Below, in pieces: positions 57,665 to 64,000 of a stretch of 64,000 bases of DNA (position 1 is the stretch's first letter; every line of letters starts with the position of its first letter). Source of the DNA: an uncultured Solibacteraceae bacterium (GTDB lineage: Bacteria > Acidobacteriota > Terriglobia > Bryobacterales > Bryobacteraceae). The notes below the pieces were generated by a model, which saw nothing but the letters and a program-made list of their open reading frames with translations, was not told the origin of the DNA and searched no databases. Position numbers and translations under genes: made by a program. The stretch spans positions 8,980-72,979 of the forward strand of contig CAYTJD010000067.1 of NCBI GenBank assembly GCA_964438005.1. The letters run 5' to 3'.

Positions 57665-59244
57665 TTTTTGCGGACAATCCTGCAACCGATTTGGCGCGCG
57701 GGCCTGCGCGTCATAATCCGGCCCTTCGAATTGCCATCGGGCTTTTTTTCTCCGGCGCCATGATCTCGGGCACGGCCCAGAAGACGGACCCGGGCGATTG
57801 GCCCGCGTACAGCGGCTCTGACAACGGGCAGCGTTACTCCCCGCTGAAACAAGTCACGGCGGCAAATGCCTCGCGGCTTCAGGCGAAATGGGTCTATCAC
57901 GTGGATGGCGCCAGTGGGATGGAGCAGACGCCGGTTGTGATTAACGGCGTCATGTATATTTCTCAATTCAACCGGATGGATGCGATCGACGCGCGCACAG
58001 GCAATATCATCTGGAAATATCAGCGCCCACCTGCTTCCGCATCGGCGCAGCGCGGCACGGCGTATTACAACGACAAGGTCTTTATGGTGACGTCCGACAG
58101 TCATCTGGTGGCGCTCGATGCACGCAACGGCGGCGTCCGCTGGGATGTGAAGTCCGAGGGCGGCTATGTCATTTCCGGGGCCGCCCCGACGGTCGTTCGC
58201 GATAAAGTGATTGTCTCCGGCAATCGGCCCGATGGTTTCATTCAGGCCTTCGACGCGGAAACCGGTAAGTATGCCTGGACCTGGTCCTCTGTCCCAAAAC
58301 CCGCCGAACCGGGCGCGGAAACCTGGGGACCCGCCAGGCCGCAAGGTGGCCCGATGTGGATGAGCGGCTCCTACGATCCGGAACTGAACCTTCTTTATTA
58401 CGGCACCGGACAGCCCAATCCACAATGGACCGGATTCGAGCGTCCGGGTGACAATCTCTATACCGAAAGCATCGTGGCCATTAATCCCGATACGGGAAAA
58501 CTGGCGTGGTATTTCCAAAACACGCCGCACGACACTCACGATTGGGACTCCACCGAAACGCTCGTGCTGGTCGATGCCGTTCTCCAGGGCCGGGCCCGTA
58601 AGCTACTGCTTCAAGCCAATCGCAACGGGTTCTACTATGTTCTTGACCGCAGCAATGGCGAGTATCTGCTCGGCAGGCCGTTTGTCAGCAAAGTGGATTG
58701 GGCCGACGGTCTGGATTCCAAGGGCCGGCCCATCGTCATACCCGGTCACGATCCAACCGTCCGCGGAACCAGGACCTGCCCGTCGACGGCGGGCGCGACG
58801 AACTGGCCGGCGCCCACCTACAGTCCCGACACGAAATATTTCTACGTAACCGTCGCGGAAGGCTGCGGTATCAACTTCATCACCTCGAGCACGGCGCCGG
58901 ATGCCGGGACGGGGTACATCGAGGCAGCCGATGCGCCGTGGCAAGCGTACGTGCGCGCCCTAGACGCGACTACGGGCAAGAAAGTCTGGGAGTACAAACC
59001 GGTACGCTCGAATCACTATGGACCCGGCCTGCTATCGACGGCGGGCGGGATCGTGTTCACCCCGGAGCAGTTCGGGCAGGTCACAGTGCTCGATGCAAGA
59101 AGCGGCAAGCCGTTATGGCACTTCAATACCGGAGATCTCATCACCGCGAGCCCGATCACGTACCGCGTGGACGGTCAGCAATTCTTCGCCATCGCATCCG
59201 GCACGAACGTCTTCGCCTTCGGCTTGCAGGGGGCCAACCCATGA
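57661..59244 (+). CDS. PQQ-binding-like eight-bladed beta-propeller dehydrogenase (quinoprotein family)
   Basis: Repeated propeller/W-docking units (AIDARTGNIIWKY, ALDARNGGVRWDV, AFDAETGKYAWTW, AINPDTGKLAWYF, ALDATTGKKVWEY, VLDARSGKPLWHF) and HDTHDWDS. The start is unresolved. TTG at 57661 has AGGAGG 9 nt upstream and yields a signal-like ALRIAIGLFFSGAMISGTAQ. The ORF-track ATG at 57547 is in frame upstream. ATG at 57760 would delete the hydrophobic segment. Confidence 0.8.
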   Translation: MIFADNPATDLARGPARHNPALRIAIGLFFSGAMISGTAQKTDPGDWPAYSGSDNGQRYSPLKQVTAANASRLQAKWVYHVDGASGMEQTPVVINGVMYISQFNRMDAIDARTGNIIWKYQRPPASASAQRGTAYYNDKVFMVTSDSHLVALDARNGGVRWDVKSEGGYVISGAAPTVVRDKVIVSGNRPDGFIQAFDAETGKYAWTWSSVPKPAEPGAETWGPARPQGGPMWMSGSYDPELNLLYYGTGQPNPQWTGFERPGDNLYTESIVAINPDTGKLAWYFQNTPHDTHDWDSTETLVLVDAVLQGRARKLLLQANRNGFYYVLDRSNGEYLLGRPFVSKVDWADGLDSKGRPIVIPGHDPTVRGTRTCPSTAGATNWPAPTYSPDTKYFYVTVAEGCGINFITSSTAPDAGTGYIEAADAPWQAYVRALDATTGKKVWEYKPVRSNHYGPGLLSTAGGIVFTPEQFGQVTVLDARSGKPLWHFNTGDLITASPITYRVDGQQFFAIASGTNVFAFGLQGANP

Positions 59245-60107
59245 ATCGAGCGCCGAAAATCGCGGCATTGCTTCTGACCTGCACGGCTGGTCCGGTACTT
59301 GCCCAGCGCGGCGGGCCGGTGAATCGGTTTCAAGGCAATCCTGAAGCGATTCACGAAGGCGAGAGTCTCTACGCCCGGCATTGCACCGCGTGCCATGGAG
59401 CAAATGGCAGCGCGGGTGAGATTGGACCGGACATCGTATCTGGCGACCGGTTTGGCGCTAGTGACGCGCAGGTCTTCAATACCATCAAGAACGGCGTTAC
59501 GGGGACGCCGATGGGTCCGCAGAAACTGCCGGACGAGGAAATCTGGAAAATCACTGCGTATATCCACGCGTTGCGCGGCACTGCCATTGACAACCCGCTG
59601 CCCGGGGATACTGCCCATGGCGAGCAGATCTTCTGGGGCAAAGGCCAGTGCGGTAACTGCCACATGCTCGGAGGCAAGGGCGGACTCACTGCGCCAGATC
59701 TGAATAACGTCGCGGCCACGCGCAAGGCCAGCACCATTGTGGATGCACTCACCAAGGAGCAGCACCATGAATACGGCAGCGGCGGCGCCCATCTGAAATC
59801 GTTGCCGCCCATGGACAACTTTCTGCCCGTGCGCGTCACCACGGCTGACGGAAAAGGAATCGAGGGCATCCTCCTGAACCAGGATGGATATTCCCTGCAG
59901 ATGATCGGCACCGATCAACGGCTTCATTCGTTCGACCGGGCCAAACTGCGCCGCATCGACATCGAACCCAGAAGCCTGATGCCCACCGACTATGACAAGC
60001 GCCTGACCCCGGAGGAGTTTAAAGATCTGCTCGCATTCCTGACGCGTCAGGGCGCAAAACCGCCCGCACCGGCGAGGGGTGGCGCGCCCCGCGGAGACGA
60101 TCAGTAG
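59241..60107 (+). CDS. Dihaem c-type cytochrome with C-terminal extension
   Basis: The ATG overlaps the upstream stop (ATGA at 59241-59244). Signal peptide MNRAPKIAALLLTCTAGPVLAQ. Two CXXCH motifs (CTACH, CGNCH), each with a downstream Met region, then about 150 aa ending ...SLMPTDYDKRLTPEEFKDLLAFL. Confidence 0.85.
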   Translation: MNRAPKIAALLLTCTAGPVLAQRGGPVNRFQGNPEAIHEGESLYARHCTACHGANGSAGEIGPDIVSGDRFGASDAQVFNTIKNGVTGTPMGPQKLPDEEIWKITAYIHALRGTAIDNPLPGDTAHGEQIFWGKGQCGNCHMLGGKGGLTAPDLNNVAATRKASTIVDALTKEQHHEYGSGGAHLKSLPPMDNFLPVRVTTADGKGIEGILLNQDGYSLQMIGTDQRLHSFDRAKLRRIDIEPRSLMPTDYDKRLTPEEFKDLLAFLTRQGAKPPAPARGGAPRGDDQ

Positions 60108-60800
60108 ATGAAACCAGCAATCATCGGCGGTGTACTGGCAGTGGTATTCGCCGCAGCGCCTCCGGCGCAAGACCGGCAACCTCTTGCCCCCGAGGTCTGG
60201 ATCTTTGACCGAATCGAGAACATCGGTGGACTCCCAACAACCGTTCTCGGTCATCCCCGCGTGATCGATACCCCCCTCGGCAAGGCGGTCGAGTTCAATG
60301 GGATCGATGACGCTTTGTTCGTTGGCGAACACCCGCTGGCGGGCGCCCAAACGTTCACCTTCGAAGCCATATTCCGGCCCGATCCGGGTGGCGCGCCGGA
60401 GCAGCGCTGGTTTCACCTCTCTGAGCAGGATCCGGCAACCGGAAAGGACACTGACACACGCCTGTTATTCGAGACGCGCCTCATCGGCGATAGCTGGTGC
60501 CTGGATGCTTTCGTCAACTCGCCCGCCGGCAATAAGGCGCTTCTCGATCGCAATCTCCTCCACCCGCTGGGCGCGTGGTATCGCGTTGCCATGGTCTACG
60601 ACGGCACCGAATTCCGCAGCTATGTTGATGGGGTGCTACAGGGAAAGGCGGCGGTCCCCTTTACTCCGGAAGGTAACGGCCGCGCTTCTGTCGGCGTGCG
60701 AATCAACCGCGTGAACTTCTTCAAAGGCGCCGTCCGCGAGGCGCGCTTTACGCGCCGCGCACTCCTTCCGGGCGAATTTCTCAAGATACCCGTTCCCTGA
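60108..60800 (+). CDS. Exported LamG/concanavalin-A-like jelly-roll domain protein
   Basis: The ATG immediately follows the cytochrome stop (TAGATG). Signal peptide. LGKAVEFNGIDDALFV..., TFEAIFRPD, WYRVAMVYDGTEFRSYVDGVL and FKGAVREARF are typical LamG blocks. Confidence 0.7.
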   Translation: MKPAIIGGVLAVVFAAAPPAQDRQPLAPEVWIFDRIENIGGLPTTVLGHPRVIDTPLGKAVEFNGIDDALFVGEHPLAGAQTFTFEAIFRPDPGGAPEQRWFHLSEQDPATGKDTDTRLLFETRLIGDSWCLDAFVNSPAGNKALLDRNLLHPLGAWYRVAMVYDGTEFRSYVDGVLQGKAAVPFTPEGNGRASVGVRINRVNFFKGAVREARFTRRALLPGEFLKIPVP

Positions 60801-61080
60801 TGGACAAACCTTAAATCTCGCGGCCGATGGACCTCCGTTTCCCGATTGGATCGCGGGCGGAAAGGCGATTCGTACATCGGTCCAGATCAAGAACGCCAGT
60901 CCAGGTCGCCATAGAAGTTGGCGGCCGCGAGAAGCGCCTCCTCCCGGGCCGCCACGGCCCTGCCGCCTGTCCGGGTGTTGCGCTTCCCCAAATCCGAACT
61001 GCCAACCGCTGCGCAGTTACAACGACGCATGGGCCGGGTAGCGCCTGTACGACAACAGCCGGAGGGCCTTGTCATGCTGC

Positions 61081-62046
61081 ATGACTAATATGCCGAATAT
61101 TCCAGTCCTCGTCCTTCCCCTTTGTGCGCTAGTGCTTAACTCGTGCGGGAGTCAGCCGCCCGCGTCGGCTGCAGAGAGATCGGCGCCCGCCAGGCGGGAT
61201 GCGGCGTCTTCTTTCGAGCCCGTAGAGATTCAAATGAAAAATGTGAATTTCCGGCTGGCAAAGGAGATCGCGCTTGAAGTGCGCTCGCTGCGCGGACAGT
61301 TGCAAAGGACCAGTCGGGAGGTGCCTGTGAGCTTCGATGAGGCTGCGTCGTTCAAGGTCGCGATCAACTCCGCCGAAGTTGCCATGACGGCGGCCTCCCT
61401 GAGCGCATTGCTCAACTCCTATGTATTGGCTTACCCCGGGGCTCCGATCAAGAATGTCGAGGTAAGTTTCAAGGACGGCCGGATTCTGGAAAAGGGTACG
61501 CTGCATAAAGGCATCGATCTGGCGTTTGAGATCGAAGGCTCGCTTGCGCCAACAGCCGACGGAAACCTCCGTATGCACGCCGAGAAGATTAAATCGGCGC
61601 ACCTTCCGATCAAGGGGCTGCTGCATCTGTTCGGCGAAGATTTGTCCAAGCTGGTCAACCGGAATGCCGGCCGTGGGATGAGAATCGAGGGCGACGATAT
61701 CATTTTGAACCTGGGGGCGGTCACTCCGCCGCCCCACTTGGAAGGCCGCGTGGCTCGAGTCGGCATTGAGGGTGGAAAGATAGTTCAGTTCTTTAATTCC
61801 GGCCGCCACGCGGCGGCTCTCGATCCGCCATTTCCCGCGGCGGCGTACATCTACCATCGAGGCGGCGTGGTCCGTTTCGGAAAACTAACCATGACCGACG
61901 CCGACCTGGAGATCGTCGGAGACCGGCCGGGCTTTTTCGACTTTTTCCAGCGCGACTACCTGAAGCAATTGGTAGCCGGCTATTCGAAAACAACGCCTTC
62001 TAACGGCCTGGTGACGCACATGGCAGACTATTCCCACCTTCCATGA
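61081..62046 (+). CDS. Hypothetical exported protein / probable lipoprotein
   Basis: MTNMPNIPVLVLPLCALVLNSCGS has a lipobox-like LNSC. No domain recognised. GGAGGG lies 14 nt upstream. The ORF-track start is the TTG at 61069. Confidence 0.55.
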   Translation: MTNMPNIPVLVLPLCALVLNSCGSQPPASAAERSAPARRDAASSFEPVEIQMKNVNFRLAKEIALEVRSLRGQLQRTSREVPVSFDEAASFKVAINSAEVAMTAASLSALLNSYVLAYPGAPIKNVEVSFKDGRILEKGTLHKGIDLAFEIEGSLAPTADGNLRMHAEKIKSAHLPIKGLLHLFGEDLSKLVNRNAGRGMRIEGDDIILNLGAVTPPPHLEGRVARVGIEGGKIVQFFNSGRHAAALDPPFPAAAYIYHRGGVVRFGKLTMTDADLEIVGDRPGFFDFFQRDYLKQLVAGYSKTTPSNGLVTHMADYSHLP

Positions 62047-62050
62047 AAAC

Positions 62051-62097
62051 GTCGGCCCCGAAGAAGAGGGGTTCTCTCACCCGCTCTCGGGGCCGAC
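62051..62097. terminator. Long stem-loop between convergent genes (possible bidirectional terminator)
   Basis: Perfect 11-bp inverted repeat, gtcggccccga (62051-62061) and tcggggccgac (62087-62097). An imperfect inner extension (gaggggt / acccgctc) is also present. It begins 5 nt after the stop at 62046. No clear U-tract. Confidence 0.45.
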
Positions 62098-62245
62098 TCG
62101 CAATCGCAAATTCAAGCGGACGCTCAATTGCAGGCGGCCCCGTGGTGGCGAACGGGGCGATTTCATTCAATTCTAGTGATTCCTTTTCAGTGCGAGGAGG
62201 AGCTATCAGTCCGAAGTTGATAAGGCTGCCGAAGGCTGATCGCCA

Positions 62246-62503
62246 TTATCGCCAGTCTGGATGCTCGTGCCGCCACCGCCAATATTCACGCCGCTGCTCC
62301 GCGCGGAGCTGTTGGTATTCCCGGTACCGGCGCTCGCGACGTTCTTCCATCAGCCAATGGCGATACGCCCGCCTTTCGCCTTCATTCCATTCGTGCCAGT
62401 CGCGGCGATCGCGGTCATAGTAGCGGTGATGTTCTTTTGTTACACCGATCACAGGCGCAAACAGCGAGCCGGCTAACAGTAACACGGATACAAACCGTTT
62501 CAT
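62246..62503 (-). CDS. Small secreted Arg/Glu/Trp/His/Tyr-rich protein (85 aa)
   Basis: Internal ATG at 62503 gives the signal peptide MKRFVSVLLLAGSLFAPVIG. The mature part is KEHHRYYDRDRRDWHEWNEGERRAYRHWLMEERRERRYREYQQLRAEQRREYWRWRHEHPDWR. Confidence 0.5.
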   Translation of the reverse strand: MKRFVSVLLLAGSLFAPVIGVTKEHHRYYDRDRRDWHEWNEGERRAYRHWLMEERRERRYREYQQLRAEQRREYWRWRHEHPDWR

Positions 62504-62680
62504 GGCCGTAGACCTCCACAAAGGTTGGAGCAAATTTAACGCCAGGCGCCAAAAGGTCAGCCCACAAACAGGCAGCACGAGGTGACTGACGGGCTTGAGC
62601 TTGACTTGTCTCAAACATTACTTGCTGCATGCCCGGCAGCGACGAATCGGCACATCGCATGCGGGCGCCTTCCGAGAGCT

Positions 62681-63358
62681 ATGATTCGGTTGTTGGCCGC
62701 ATGCCTTTTCATTCCCGTCTTGAACGCTGCGGGACTGTCAGGAGATGAGATTCTTGGGGCTGTCGTTAAGACTTCGACAGTTGGGCACTCGGCGGTGTAC
62801 TCAGGCCGGCGGGAGTATTCGATACAGAATAGGCGTTTCGGAAAATCCGCCACGGCCGAGGTACGGATCTCCTCGCGACCGGGCGTAGGAAAACAATTCA
62901 CGATCATTCGCCGTTCTGGATCACCCAAATTGATTAGTGTCATCGAGGCTCTGCTTGCTTCCGAGGCGGATGCCAGCAAACCGGACAAAAGCCGGACGCA
63001 TGAGATCGGTGCGTCGAACTACAACGCGTCACTTCTGGGGACCGAAACCGTCGCGGATCGCGATTGCTGGATACTCGCTCTCAGGCCAAAGTCGAAAAGC
63101 AAATATCTATTGAAAGGGACCGCCTGGGTGGACAAGAGCACCGGCGCGCTCGTGCGCCTGGACGGCACCACCGCGGCAAACGTTTCGAACTGGGTCGGAG
63201 CACCGCACATTATTGAAGAGTTCGCGCCCATAGGCGGAGTCTGGCTGCCGGTTCATACCGTCTCGAAGAGCACCTCACTGTTGCTGGGCGAGAGCGAACT
63301 GGACATTCAATACATGGACTACGACATCACCTGCGCAGAGCTGAGAGCAGGAGGTTAG
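62681..63358 (+). CDS. LolA-like / outer-membrane lipoprotein-sorting-like fold protein (exported)
   Basis: ATG at 62681 gives the signal MIRLLAACLFIPVLNAAG. The pattern ...CWILALRPKSKSKYLLKGTAWVDKSTGALVRLDG...GGVWLPVHT resembles LolA_like/DUF4367 proteins as I recall them. Confidence 0.5.
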   Translation: MIRLLAACLFIPVLNAAGLSGDEILGAVVKTSTVGHSAVYSGRREYSIQNRRFGKSATAEVRISSRPGVGKQFTIIRRSGSPKLISVIEALLASEADASKPDKSRTHEIGASNYNASLLGTETVADRDCWILALRPKSKSKYLLKGTAWVDKSTGALVRLDGTTAANVSNWVGAPHIIEEFAPIGGVWLPVHTVSKSTSLLLGESELDIQYMDYDITCAELRAGG

Positions 63359-63652
63359 CAGAGAACGTGGCTCCGCGAGCTTACGAGCGGCGTGGGTTGA
63401 ACATTGTCGCTTAACGATGCGATCTTTGCGGAGGCGGCTGCGACTGTCTCTTCTTCCCAAAAATGCCGTCCAGTTGTTGCAGCGGGTTCGGCGCGGCGGC
63501 AGGTTCTGCACTTGTCCCTGGCCTTGCGCTTGCGTCCCATTGCCGCCTTTCGAATTGAGCACGTTCCCCAGGAGCCCGGAGATTGCGCCGGCCGGCATCG
63601 TATTCCACACGACACTGCGCTCCCGGTTGCACATTCCAGGGCGGAGGCTGGT

Positions 63653-63952
63653 ATGAAAATTCTGCTCGCGCTGCTGCTCGCACTGGCCCTGTGTGCCTGC
63701 AGGACCAATGAATCTCCCGAAGGCCAAGCGAACGATCTGCAGATTACGGCTCACGTCAAGTCTAAGCTGGCGTCGGACGTCGGGCTATCCACTGTAACCA
63801 ACATTTCCGTCAACTCGACGAACGGCGTGGTCACGCTCGCCGGACAGGTAAATTCGACCGAGGCGAAAGTGCGCGCCGAGGCTGCCGCCGCCAGTGTTCC
63901 GATGGTCGTTCGTGTTGTCAACAACATTCAGGTGACCGCCAAACCTTCATGA
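63653..63952 (+). CDS. BON-domain lipoprotein
   Basis: GGAGG lies 5 nt upstream of the ATG at 63653. Lipobox LALCAC. BON core ITAHVKSKLASDVGLSTVTNISVNSTNGVVTLAGQVNSTEAKVRAE. Confidence 0.8.
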   Translation: MKILLALLLALALCACRTNESPEGQANDLQITAHVKSKLASDVGLSTVTNISVNSTNGVVTLAGQVNSTEAKVRAEAAAASVPMVVRVVNNIQVTAKPS

Positions 63953-64000
63953 TCCAAAGACCTGCGGAGTCGAGTGAGAGCACAGACATGGCGCCCTTAG

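Noticed and set aside
60811-61075. Minus-strand ORFs of 62 and 64 aa in the 268-nt spacer after the LamG gene
   Set aside because: The translations are Arg/Gly-rich with no signal, domain or ribosome-binding site. Only the last roughly 20 codons (...REEALLAAANFYGDLDWRS) look protein-like, which is insufficient. It could be a decayed gene end.
63275-63754. 159-aa minus-strand ORF, with overlapping ORFs 63355-63708 and 63411-63683, in the spacer before the BON gene
   Set aside because: It overlaps the ends of two better-supported plus-strand genes. The translation is low in complexity and switches plausibility between frames. There is no start context. A short frameshifted gene cannot be excluded; see the finding for 61081-63952.

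Overview
This is a high-GC, gene-dense chromosomal segment. From memory of family signatures (no search was run), it most resembles an Acidobacteria genome of the Solibacter/Bryobacter type. Supporting this are a TIGR03435-family protein, two decayed TIGR03437-type C-terminal tails, a PEP-CTERM protein, and Planctomycete-type DUF1592/DUF1552 and DUF1800/DUF1501 gene pairs.

I can support about 60 coding regions. Housekeeping genes are lepA, ribH-nusB, an S41 protease, proS, rpiB-glyA, rpoD and rsgA. They are interleaved with a TolC/EmrA/EmrB-type efflux operon, three two-component proteins without a visible DNA-binding partner, and many exported redox enzymes that are predicted to bind cofactors, several with twin-arginine signal peptides.

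I found no rRNA, tRNA, CRISPR array, transposase, integrase, phage gene or recognisable defence or toxin-antitoxin module. There is therefore no obvious canonical novel system in this window.

The best candidates for undescribed biology are:
- a translationally coupled DUF1592 haem protein / DUF1552 / exported ankyrin-repeat protein / TIGR03435 cluster (35.2-41.6 kb);
- a PQQ-propeller / dihaem cytochrome c / LamG operon (57.4-60.8 kb);
- a haem-c plus PHM/DBH-like copper monooxygenase fusion (55.1-56.5 kb);
- an orphan two-gene operon that includes a 9-Cys protein (43.9-44.8 kb);
- a four-member paralogous family of exported proteins, with one copy coupled to a Tat-exported Gfo/Idh/MocA oxidoreductase.

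All family names are recalled from sequence motifs and need HMM confirmation. Many long ORFs in the track are antisense artefacts of the high GC content.
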